Assembly: GCA_963709585.1 (NCBI GenBank)
Contig: CAVPXI010000016.1
Span: 64,001 to 128,000, forward strand
Origin: Candidatus Dormiibacterota bacterium
GTDB lineage: Bacteria; Chloroflexota; Dormibacteria; Aeolococcales; Aeolococcaceae
Reading direction: 5' to 3'
DNA: 64,000 bases
Shown here piece by piece: positions 10,134 to 18,695 of this stretch (within the stretch, counting starts at the first letter, position 1; every line of letters starts with the position of its first letter). The translations under genes were made by a program, and so were the position numbers. The notes below the pieces were generated by a model. It was not told the origin of the DNA, did no database searches, and was given only the letters and a program-made list of their open reading frames with translations.

Positions 10134-11194
10134 CCCAGAGCGCGCTCGATCGCCTGGTTGCGGCCACGCTCTACGAGGGGTACATCCTCTACCCGTACCG
10201 GCCGTCCTCGGTGAAGAATCAGGTGCGCTGGACGTTCGGAGGCGTGCATCCGCGCGCGTGGAGCGAGGCTTCCGGCGGCACCGATCCATGGAGCGCGCAG
10301 ACCGAATGCCTGCTGCGTGCGACCGCTGTCACCACGGTCACGGTGCGTGTCCGGTTTCTGCAGTTGGTGACTAGAACCGTCGCGAAACTCGACCCCCCGA
10401 GCCCCTCGCTCGACGCCGACGCAGTCGGACGGCTCGAGGACGTGGATGAGTTGCGTGTGGCGGGAGTCAACCACCGTGCGTGGGAGGAGGCGATCGAGGT
10501 CGCCGTCGACTGTGGAACGCACGCCCTGCAGTCGCTCGTCGAGCGCGAGGTGGTCGTCGAGCACATCACGCCCGCTCACGACGAGGTGGAACCGCTGTGC
10601 GACGAGGGGGGACAGGTTGTCGGCGTCCTCCAACGTGAGCGCCAGCCACTGGCCACGGACGTGACCGTGACGGCGGACCGCGTCGGCGAGGATCTCGTCC
10701 GAGTTGGCGTCACCGTTCGCAACGCCAGTGCCTTCAGCCTGGATGGGAATCGCGACCGCGGGCGCGCGCTGTGTTCCTCGCTCGTATCGACGCATGCCGT
10801 TCTGGTAGCGAAGGACGGCGAATGGCTCTCGCTCGCCGACCCGCCCATCGATGCCGTCGACGCGGCCGCCGGGTGCCGAAACATCGGCCTCTGGCCGGTC
10901 CTCGTCGGCGAAGCGGGCACGTCGGACACGCTGCTCGCTGCTCCGATCATCCTCGAGGATCACCCTCAGATCGCCCCGGAATCGTCGGGCGACCTCTTCG
11001 ATGCGACCGAGATCGACGAGATCTTGAGCCTGCGCATCCTGGCACTCACCGACGAGGAGAAGGCCGAGATGCGAGCTGCCGACGCACGGGCGCGCGCGCT
11101 GCTCGATCGCACCGAGGCGCTAACCGGCGACGACCTGATGCGGATGCACGGCACGATTCGCGAAGTGCGACCGACCATCGGAGAGCGAAGGTGA
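10130..11194 (+). CDS. Conserved group 1h accessory protein
   Basis: LYEGYILYPYRPSSVKNQVRWTFG and PIILEDHPQIAPES.GDLFDATEIDEILSLR motifs; coupled within the operon. Confidence 0.8.
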   Translation: MTQSALDRLVAATLYEGYILYPYRPSSVKNQVRWTFGGVHPRAWSEASGGTDPWSAQTECLLRATAVTTVTVRVRFLQLVTRTVAKLDPPSPSLDADAVGRLEDVDELRVAGVNHRAWEEAIEVAVDCGTHALQSLVEREVVVEHITPAHDEVEPLCDEGGQVVGVLQRERQPLATDVTVTADRVGEDLVRVGVTVRNASAFSLDGNRDRGRALCSSLVSTHAVLVAKDGEWLSLADPPIDAVDAAAGCRNIGLWPVLVGEAGTSDTLLAAPIILEDHPQIAPESSGDLFDATEIDEILSLRILALTDEEKAEMRAADARARALLDRTEALTGDDLMRMHGTIREVRPTIGERR

Positions 11195-11518
11195 AAACGT
11201 TTGACCTCGGCGCCTGGGATCCCGACAGCACGGGCGGGACAACCGAACTCGGTGCGCTGGGGCGATGGGCTGCTCCATCGTGGCGATCGCGTCCGTATCC
11301 GGCCGCGCGGCCGCGCCGACATCATGGACATCGCCCTGCACGGTCGCACCGCCGTCGTCGAGTCCATCGAGCGCGATTACGAGGACGTCGTTCACGTCGC
11401 GGTGCTCGTCGACGACGATCCCGGCAAGGACCTCGGTGCGCTCAGGCAGCCTGGGCACCGCTTCTTCTTCGGCCTCGACGACCTCGAGCGCGTGGAACCA
11501 GCGGAGGAACTGCTGTGA
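11191..11518 (+). CDS. Small conserved hhy accessory protein; probable +1 frameshift near 11232-11238
   Basis: Conserved GDRVRIRPRGRADIMD...DDDPGKDLG...PGHRFFF lies in the 11201 frame, while the coupled GTG at 11191 is in another frame; deleting one G joins them. Confidence 0.7.
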
Positions 11519-12018
11519 GCGAGGCCACGATCCTGGTAGCGGGGATCGGCAACATCTTCCTCGGCGATGACGGCTTCGGTGTCGAGGTTGCACGCCAGCT
11601 CGCGTCCCGACCGCACGCTGAGAGCGTGCGCATCGCCGATTTCGGTATCCGCGGATTCGACCTCGCGTTTGCCATCCTCGACGACCCGGCCGCGACCATC
11701 CTGGTCGACGCCATGCCCCGTGGAGAACGACCCGGCACCGTCTACGTCCTCGAGCCTGATCTCGACGTCGACGCCACACACGCCGATGGTTCGTTCCAGG
11801 GGCACGCCATGACACCGGACTCCGTGTTCGCCCTGGTCCGGACTCTCGGCGGACGGCCGCGCAACGTCACTGTCGTCGGGTGCGAACCCCTGACCCTCGG
11901 CCCTGAGGGCGAAGGCTACATGGGGCTGAGCGAGCCGGTAGCCGATGCGGTCCCCGAAGCGGTGGCGATCGTCGAGCACCTGCTCTCGCGGCTCGTCCCG
12001 ACAACGAGTGCGCCCTGA
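11515..12018 (+). CDS. Hydrogenase maturation protease (HybD/HupD family)
   Basis: ILVAGIGNIFLGDDGFGVEV, ILVDAM, H-M-P motif, VVGCEP. Confidence 0.9.
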   Translation: MSEATILVAGIGNIFLGDDGFGVEVARQLASRPHAESVRIADFGIRGFDLAFAILDDPAATILVDAMPRGERPGTVYVLEPDLDVDATHADGSFQGHAMTPDSVFALVRTLGGRPRNVTVVGCEPLTLGPEGEGYMGLSEPVADAVPEAVAIVEHLLSRLVPTTSAP

Positions 12019-12380
12019 TGCACGAGCTCGGGCTGGCGGAGGGCATCATGACGGTCGCGATCGACATGGCCGGCGGCCGCACCGTAGCGCGCATTGCCGT
12101 GCGCATCGGCGAGGAGCAGCGCATCGTCCCCGACAGCCTCGAGTTCGGATTCCAACTCCTTGCCGAAGGCACCGTCTGTGAAGGGGCGACGTTGCAATGC
12201 CTCGTCGTGTCCGGGGTGAACGTCCTCGTCGACGAGGTGGAACTTGTCGGAGATCCACCGACGGTCCTCCGGCGCCCCGGCGCTCCGATCGTCGAGCCTC
12301 CGCACGACCACATACAGGCCGGCCACAATGGCGTCAATCCGGCGCCGATCACATCAGCACGCACGCAAGGAGGAGCTTAG
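12018..12380 (+). CDS. hypA: HypA nickel chaperone lacking the Zn-finger domain
   Basis: MHELGLA Ni-binding N-terminus and VPDSLEFGF...GTVCEGATL core; both CxxC motifs absent. Confidence 0.85.
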   Translation: MHELGLAEGIMTVAIDMAGGRTVARIAVRIGEEQRIVPDSLEFGFQLLAEGTVCEGATLQCLVVSGVNVLVDEVELVGDPPTVLRRPGAPIVEPPHDHIQAGHNGVNPAPITSARTQGGA

Positions 12381-12512
12381 GTGTCGCTCATGCTCGGTAG
12401 TCAGAAGAACGGCCTGCGGACGATCGTGCAGTGGTTGATCCTCGGAGCCATCGTCGGCGCCGTGCTCAACTCGAAAGACATTCAGCGGTATCTGAAAATC
12501 CGGTCGATGTAG
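12381..12512 (+). CDS. 43-aa membrane peptide (DUF6893-like), not in the ORF track
   Basis: AGGAGG RBS; MSLMLGSQKNGLRTIVQWLILGAIVGAVLNSKDIQRYLKIRSM*, one hydrophobic helix plus DIxRYLKIRSM tail. Confidence 0.8.
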   Translation: MSLMLGSQKNGLRTIVQWLILGAIVGAVLNSKDIQRYLKIRSM

Positions 12513-12530
12513 GAAGCACCAGAGCTCACC

Positions 12531-13043
12531 GTGCCACGGTTCCGCGTGAACACCGCTCAATCGACGGTGAAGGTCGGCCTCAGGGTCAACCTTCACCCGT
12601 CGCACATCAACGCCGACGCGCTCACCGGGTTCATCGAATGCGAGGTGGACGACCAGGGAAAGCCACGCCTCGACCAGCCCTACCGCGCGGAGTTGACTCT
12701 GCCGGTGGATGCCATCAAATCGGGTAACAGCATCCAAGATCGGGAGATGCGCCGTCGCTTCGACGTCTCCCGGTACCCGACGATAACGGCGACGGTGACG
12801 CACGGCGAGGCACTCGAGGGTGAGGGCCGGTATCGGGCCGCGGCGCAGCTCACCATGCATGGTCAGACGCGCGAGATCACCGGCGATGTGCAACTGGGCG
12901 TCAACGGTACGACGATGTCGATCGACGGCCAGCAGGTGATCAACGTCAAGGAGTTCGGCATCGATCCCCCGCGTCTGATCATCCTGAAGGTGGAACCGGA
13001 CGTGGATCTGCAGGTTCACATCGTCGCGGAACGGGAGTCATAG
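12531..13043 (+). CDS. YceI-like lipid/polyisoprenoid-binding protein, no signal peptide
   Basis: LPVDAIKSGNSIQDREMR...FDVSRYPTI...QLTMHGQTREI...INVKEFGIDPP...V.V.I pattern. Confidence 0.8.
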   Translation: MPRFRVNTAQSTVKVGLRVNLHPSHINADALTGFIECEVDDQGKPRLDQPYRAELTLPVDAIKSGNSIQDREMRRRFDVSRYPTITATVTHGEALEGEGRYRAAAQLTMHGQTREITGDVQLGVNGTTMSIDGQQVINVKEFGIDPPRLIILKVEPDVDLQVHIVAERES

Positions 13044-13070
13044 CGATAACGGTTTTTGGAGTGGAATGCA

Positions 13071-13265
13071 ATGCTTGAGAAGCTCGTGATCTTCGGGATC
13101 GGTTATGTGCTCGGGACCCGGGCCGGCAAGGAGCGCTTCGACGAGATCGTCGAAACCGCCAAGAAGTTCGCCGCGCGTGATGACGTCCAGATGGTGGTGA
13201 GCCTGGCGACCGGCTTCCTCGAGGAGCGGTTCAGCTCGACCGCGGAGCACCTGCGCGCCGCATGA
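13071..13265 (+). CDS. Small membrane-anchored protein (GYVLGTRAG motif, YtxH-like)
   Basis: MLEKLVIFGIGYVLGTRAGKERFDEI... Confidence 0.7.
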   Translation: MLEKLVIFGIGYVLGTRAGKERFDEIVETAKKFAARDDVQMVVSLATGFLEERFSSTAEHLRAA

Positions 13266-13269
13266 TTCC

Positions 13270-15627
13270 ATGACCGTCGCAACCCCACCATCGACGACCC
13301 GCTCGGCGGGCGCGAACACACGCGTGCGTGGGGTCGGCGAACGGCAGCGCTTCGCGGTCTACGGCGTCGTTCAGGGGGTGGGGTTTCGCCCCTTTGTCTG
13401 GAACCTCGCGACCCGTCTTGGGCTCGGCGGCTGGGTCCGCAACACCTCCGGAGCGGTCGTCATCGAGGTCGAGGGCGGGCGGATCGAGCTCGACGCGTTT
13501 GCGTCCGCACTGGGCACCGAGGCGCCGCGGCTCGCTCGAATCGAAGCGGTCGAGGCAGTGGCGATGGATGCGGTGGGGGAGATCGGCTTCCGCATCGTGG
13601 AGAGCCGGGCCGTCGATGGCGACTATCAGCCGATCGCTCCCGACGCGGCGACCTGTCCGGATTGCGTCGCCGATATCGTCACCCCCGGCAATCGGCGGCA
13701 CCGATACCCATTCACCAACTGCACCAACTGCGGCCCCCGGTTCACGATCATCGAGGACGTTCCGTACGACCGGCCCCAGACGACCATGCGCCATTTCGCG
13801 ATGTGCGCGGCGTGCACGCAGGAGTACGAGGACCCGGCGGATCGTCGCTTTCACGCGCAGCCGAATGCGTGCCCCGCATGTGGCCCACGGCTCTGGTGCG
13901 CCGATGCGCACGGCGTTGAACTCCCAGACGATCCGATCGATATCGCCGCCGGTTCGCTCGCGCGTGCGGAGATCGTCGCGCTGAAGGGGTTGGGTGGCTT
14001 CCAGCTCTGCTGCGATGCCACCGATGAGGCGGCGGTTGCGCGGCTGCGGGTTCGCAAGCACCGGCCCGCGAAGCCCTTTGCGATTATGTTCGCGGATATC
14101 GGCGGTGTACGCCGCCTCTGTGAGGTGAGCGACGCGGAGGCGGCGTTGCTGGAGGGGCCGGCGCGGCCGATCGTGCTCCTGCGACGCCGGCGGGATCGAG
14201 ACGCGAGCGTGGTCGCAGACTCTGTCGCGCCCGGCCTTCAGGAGCTCGGCGTGATGCTCCCGTATACGCCGATGCACCACCTGCTCCTGCGCGCCACCGG
14301 GGGACCCCTGGTGATGACCAGTGGCAATGTCAGCGAGGAGCCGATCGCCAAGGACAACGACGAAGCCGTGCAGCGCCTCGGCCACATCGCCGACCGGTTT
14401 CTCCTGCACGACCGTGACATCTATGCTCGCTACGACGACTCCGTTGTGCGGGTCGTCGACGGAACCCCGCGCATGGTCCGTCGCGCTCGCGGTTACTGCC
14501 CACTTCCGGTTCGAGTCGAATCCCGTGACGCGCAGGTGCTGGCACTTGGCGCGCACCTCAAGAACACGTTCTGCGTGCTTCACGATCGCAACGCCTTCAC
14601 CGGCCCGCATATCGGCGACCTCGACAGTCCGCGGACACTGGCCCACCAGGACGAAGCGCTGCGCACGTTCCTCCGGCTCTTCCGAACCAACCCTGTCACC
14701 GTCGCGGCCGACCTGCATCCGGACTACGCGTCCAGCCGCATAGCCGAGCGATGGTGGGACTCCGGGGCCCACGGGGTACGGGTGCAACATCATCACGCCC
14801 ACATCGCCAGCGTGCTCGCCGAGCACGGTCTGCGGGGCAGCGTGATCGGTGTGGCGTTCGACGGTGTTGGTCTCGGACCGGATCATTCCATCTGGGGCGG
14901 CGAGTTTCTCCTCTGCGACGAGCGCTCGTATCAGCGTGCGGGTCATATCGCAGCGGTGCGCCAGCCCGGAGGCGACGCCTGTGCCCGGGAAGGGTGGCGA
15001 ATGGCGATTGCGTACCTCGCGGCGGCCGGTGAACTCCAGGACACACCGCCCGACTGGTTCCGCGAGGCGCCGGGTGCGCCGGATCGGCGTCAGTGGCGGC
15101 TCGTCTCCCGGCTGGCGGCATCGGATGCGGCCCCGGTCACCACGAGCGCAGGCCGGCTGTTCGACGCCGTCGCAAGCTTGATCGGAGTTGCGCACGTGTC
15201 GACGTTCGAGGCCGAGGCCGCGATGCGCCTGGAAGCGCTTGCGACCTCCGCCGGCGATCTCTCCTCGGTCGAGGCACCCGACATCGGAGTCGGTGGCGAC
15301 CCGGTCGTTCTGGACACGGTCGATCTGGTCCGCACGCTGCTTCGGGAGCGGCACCAGGGCCGATCGCTCGACGTGCTTGCGGCGATGTTCCACGAGAGCC
15401 TGGCGCGAGGGATCGCGACCATGTGCGTGCGGCTGAGCGCGGAACTCGGCGTGAACCGCGTCGCGCTGAGTGGCGGCGTGTTTCAGAACGCCCTGCTCCT
15501 GGCCCGCGTGGAACGGCTCTTGCGCGAGCGCGACCTCTTCGTCTATACCAATCAGCAGGTCCCGGCCAACGACGGCGGCATCAGCCTGGGACAGGCGCTG
15601 GTCGCGGTTTCACAACTCGAGAGGTGA
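13270..15627 (+). CDS. hypF: Carbamoyltransferase HypF
   Basis: Acylphosphatase GVVQGVGFRP, Zn fingers CPDC/CTNCGPR/CAAC/CPACGP, HHHAH, PANDGGISLGQ. Confidence 0.97.
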   Translation: MTVATPPSTTRSAGANTRVRGVGERQRFAVYGVVQGVGFRPFVWNLATRLGLGGWVRNTSGAVVIEVEGGRIELDAFASALGTEAPRLARIEAVEAVAMDAVGEIGFRIVESRAVDGDYQPIAPDAATCPDCVADIVTPGNRRHRYPFTNCTNCGPRFTIIEDVPYDRPQTTMRHFAMCAACTQEYEDPADRRFHAQPNACPACGPRLWCADAHGVELPDDPIDIAAGSLARAEIVALKGLGGFQLCCDATDEAAVARLRVRKHRPAKPFAIMFADIGGVRRLCEVSDAEAALLEGPARPIVLLRRRRDRDASVVADSVAPGLQELGVMLPYTPMHHLLLRATGGPLVMTSGNVSEEPIAKDNDEAVQRLGHIADRFLLHDRDIYARYDDSVVRVVDGTPRMVRRARGYCPLPVRVESRDAQVLALGAHLKNTFCVLHDRNAFTGPHIGDLDSPRTLAHQDEALRTFLRLFRTNPVTVAADLHPDYASSRIAERWWDSGAHGVRVQHHHAHIASVLAEHGLRGSVIGVAFDGVGLGPDHSIWGGEFLLCDERSYQRAGHIAAVRQPGGDACAREGWRMAIAYLAAAGELQDTPPDWFREAPGAPDRRQWRLVSRLAASDAAPVTTSAGRLFDAVASLIGVAHVSTFEAEAAMRLEALATSAGDLSSVEAPDIGVGGDPVVLDTVDLVRTLLRERHQGRSLDVLAAMFHESLARGIATMCVRLSAELGVNRVALSGGVFQNALLLARVERLLRERDLFVYTNQQVPANDGGISLGQALVAVSQLER

Positions 15628-15633
15628 CGTGAC

Positions 15634-16269
15634 ATGAGTGTGCAGGTGGGACACGACCGCGACGCCGCTCTTGCGGCCGGTCGCGGCTTTCTCGATGAGC
15701 GTGTCGCGGCGTCGAACCGATCCGGCGAAGAGTACTTCGGCCAGCATGCACACGACATCGCCGCGTGCGCTGCGGCCATGGCGGATCGCTTCTTCGCCGG
15801 AGGGACGCTGCTCGTGTTCGGTTCGGGACCGCACGCGACTGACGCCCAGCACAACTCGGTGGAGTTTGTGCATCCGGTGTTGCCGGGGTGCCGAGCGCTG
15901 CCCGCGCTGTCGCTGACCAATGACATGGCGACCGTCACCGGGATCCTCCAGGGAGACGCTTCGATGGACGTCTACGCGCACCAGTTGCGCGTCCTGGGAC
16001 GGTCCGGGGATATCGCGCTCGCGTTCGCGCACGCGCCGGTGCACCCGTCGATCACCCGCGGGCTGGACGCTGCCGCGGCGGGCGGCATGCTCACCGTCGC
16101 GCTCACATCGGGCGAAGGCGGCACGGGGCGCGAGCAGGTGGACTTTGGGTTCCATGTGCACGGAGCCGACCGAAGCGGAGCTCACGAACTGCACCTGGCG
16201 ACGTACCACATGCTGTGGGAGCTGGTCCACATCGTCCTCAACCATCGCGGAATCGGAGACGTTTCGTGA
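15634..16269 (+). CDS. GmhA-like SIS-domain protein, copy 1 (phosphate-binding loops degenerate)
   Basis: DAQHNSVEFVHP, ALPALSLTND, ELHLATYHMLWELVH. Confidence 0.8.
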   Translation: MSVQVGHDRDAALAAGRGFLDERVAASNRSGEEYFGQHAHDIAACAAAMADRFFAGGTLLVFGSGPHATDAQHNSVEFVHPVLPGCRALPALSLTNDMATVTGILQGDASMDVYAHQLRVLGRSGDIALAFAHAPVHPSITRGLDAAAAGGMLTVALTSGEGGTGREQVDFGFHVHGADRSGAHELHLATYHMLWELVHIVLNHRGIGDVS

Positions 16270-16493
16270 GCACCGAGTGTCACGACGAGGTGTGCATCAC
16301 GTGCTCCGACCAGCTTCTCGCGATGGTGGTCACCGGCGTCGACATCGAGTCGGGCATCGCGCGTGGCACCATCGACGGATCGGTGGTCGAAGTCGGCATC
16401 GATCTCCTCGAGGGCGTCGCCGTGGGTGAGGTGTTGCTCTGCCACGGGGGCGTGGCCCTGCAGCGGGGTATGGCGGTGGAGGTGGGCGCATGA
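16266..16493 (+). CDS. HypC/HupF-like chaperone with N-terminal CxxxxCxxC
   Basis: STECHDEVCITCSD...VAVGEVLLCHGGVAL; GTGA-coupled. Confidence 0.75.
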   Translation: MSTECHDEVCITCSDQLLAMVVTGVDIESGIARGTIDGSVVEVGIDLLEGVAVGEVLLCHGGVALQRGMAVEVGA

Positions 16494-17167
16494 CCGAACC
16501 CGGCCGCGATCCCTTCTCGCAGCTGCTGTATCCGATGTTGAGCCCGCAGCCTGGAGCGGGTGACGAACTCGTCCAGGAGCTCGCCCGCGCCCCACTCGAG
16601 AAGTCGGCGGAGAGCAACCGCCTGCGCGTGGAGTTGCTCGATGAGTTCGGTGACGAGATCGTGAGTGCCGCACAGCGGATGGCTGAGGCATTTCAGAGAG
16701 GCGGGCGGTTGCTGGCCCTTGGAAACGGTGGCAGCGCCACGTCGGCAGCGGACATGGTGACCGAGATGCTCGTGCCCTCCGACGGTGGCCGTCCGATTCC
16801 CGCGCTCTGCCTCACCAACGACATCGCGGTGGTCACCGGGATCGGCAACGACGTGGGGTTCGGCGACGTTTTCGTTCGCCAGATCATCGCCCTGGGACGT
16901 GCCGATGACGTGGTGCTCGCCGTCTCCACGAGCGGGAACTCCGAGAACCTCGTCCGCGGGCTCGGTGAAGCCCGGCGTCGGGGCTTGTACACGATCGCGA
17001 TCTGTGGGTACGACGGAGGCCGGCTCGCCCGCGAACGGGTCGCCGACCACTGCTTCGTCGTTCGATCCAGCAGTATCCACCGGATTCAGGAGGTCCAGAT
17101 GACGCTCTACCACCTCCTCACCGAGTTGGTGCAACGCGCACTTGAAGGAGAGCCGGCATGTGCCTAG
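16490..17167 (+). CDS. GmhA-like SIS-domain protein, copy 2
   Basis: GNGGSA, LTND, GNDVGF, STSGNS, RIQEVQ...YH motifs. Confidence 0.85.
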   Translation: MTEPGRDPFSQLLYPMLSPQPGAGDELVQELARAPLEKSAESNRLRVELLDEFGDEIVSAAQRMAEAFQRGGRLLALGNGGSATSAADMVTEMLVPSDGGRPIPALCLTNDIAVVTGIGNDVGFGDVFVRQIIALGRADDVVLAVSTSGNSENLVRGLGEARRRGLYTIAICGYDGGRLARERVADHCFVVRSSSIHRIQEVQMTLYHLLTELVQRALEGEPACA

Positions 17168-17484
17168 CGATTCCCGCCCGCCTCGTCGAGTACATCGACG
17201 AGGACCGTCTGTACGGCAAGGTCGAGCTCGGCGGTGTTCAGCGCCGCATCAACACCTCGCTGCTCGTGGGCGAGGATGCGACCGAGCCCGGCGAGTACGT
17301 GCTCGTTCACGTGGGTTTTGCGCTGAGCCGTGTCAGTGAAACCGAAGCCGCGGAGACGCTCCGCATCCTCGAGGAGATGGGGCCGGCATACCACGATGAG
17401 GTGCAGCAGATCCGCGAATGGCAGGCGATGGAAGAGGAGCTGGTCGGCGCCAACTACCGCGAGGGCAACGGGAAATCGGCATGA
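17158..17484 (+). CDS. hypC: Hydrogenase chaperone HypC
   Basis: MCLAIPA...GEYVLVHVGFAL. Confidence 0.95.
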   Translation: MCLAIPARLVEYIDEDRLYGKVELGGVQRRINTSLLVGEDATEPGEYVLVHVGFALSRVSETEAAETLRILEEMGPAYHDEVQQIREWQAMEEELVGANYREGNGKSA

Positions 17485-18695
17485 AATTCGCAGATGAATT
17501 CCGCGATGCCGATCTCGCCCGGGCGCTGGGGGCGCGCATCGCCGGCGAGGCCGGCGACAAGCACTGGAAGATCATGGAGGTGTGCGGAGGCCACACCCAC
17601 ACGATCTTCAAGTACGGCATCGAGGACCTGCTTCCGAGCAACGTCGAGCTGGTGCACGGACCGGGGTGTCCGGTGTGCGTGATCCCGATGGGGCGTCTCG
17701 ATGACGGCATCGCCGTCGCGCATCAACCCGGGGTCATCTTCACGTGCTTCGGCGACCTGATGCGCGTCCCCGGCAGCGATGGCAGCCTGCTCGACGCGAA
17801 GGCGGCCGGAGCGGACGTGCGCATGGTGTACTCGCCACTCGACGCGTTGAAGATCGCGCAGCAGAACCCCGACCGGCAGGTCGTCTTCTACGCGATCGGT
17901 TTCGAAACCACGGCACCGTCGACCGCACTGACGCTGATGCGAGCCAAGGCGGAAGGGATTCGCAATCTCTTCGTGTTCTGCAACCACGTGACCATCATCC
18001 CGCCGATGAAGGCGATCCTCAACTCTCCGGATCTGCAGCTCGACGGCTTCCTCGGACCAGGACACGTGTCCACCGTTGTCGGGATCAGGCCCTTCGAGTT
18101 CGTGACCAGGACGTACAACAAGCCGGTGGTGGTTGTCGGATTCGAACCGCTCGACATTCTCCAGGGCGTGCACATGATCATCCAGCAGATCCACGAGGGG
18201 CGCTGCGAAGTCGAGAACCAGTACAAGCGCGTTGTCCACGACGACGGCAACCCGAAGGCGCTCGAGGTGCTCGCGCGCGTCTTCAAGCTGCGCTCGCACT
18301 TCGAGTGGCGCGGACTCGGCTTCATCAGCCAGAGCGCGCTCGAGCTGCAGGACGAGTACGCGGACTACGATGCGGAGAAGGTGTTCTCGGTACCGGGCGT
18401 CCGGGTCGCCGATCCCAAAGCGTGCCAGTGCGGTGAGGTACTCAAGGGGGTTCTCAAGCCGTGGGAGTGCAAGGTGTTCGGCACCGCATGCACGCCGGAG
18501 ACGCCGATCGGTACGTGCATGGTGTCCTCCGAGGGCGCATGCGCCGCGTACTACAACTTCGGCAGGTACTCCCGCGCGCGTGAGCGCGAGCGTGTGCTCT
18601 CCTCGGGAGAGCGACCCGATGGCAACGGCCATGCCAACGGCAACGGCATGCTCACGGAACGCGAGCTCCGGCCGATTCCGGTGCAGGCTCGATGA
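17481..18695 (+). CDS. hypD: Hydrogenase maturation protein HypD
   Basis: MEVCGGHTH, GPGCPVCV, GFETTAP, PGHVS, CMVSSEGACAA. Confidence 0.97.
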   Translation: MKFADEFRDADLARALGARIAGEAGDKHWKIMEVCGGHTHTIFKYGIEDLLPSNVELVHGPGCPVCVIPMGRLDDGIAVAHQPGVIFTCFGDLMRVPGSDGSLLDAKAAGADVRMVYSPLDALKIAQQNPDRQVVFYAIGFETTAPSTALTLMRAKAEGIRNLFVFCNHVTIIPPMKAILNSPDLQLDGFLGPGHVSTVVGIRPFEFVTRTYNKPVVVVGFEPLDILQGVHMIIQQIHEGRCEVENQYKRVVHDDGNPKALEVLARVFKLRSHFEWRGLGFISQSALELQDEYADYDAEKVFSVPGVRVADPKACQCGEVLKGVLKPWECKVFGTACTPETPIGTCMVSSEGACAAYYNFGRYSRARERERVLSSGERPDGNGHANGNGMLTERELRPIPVQAR

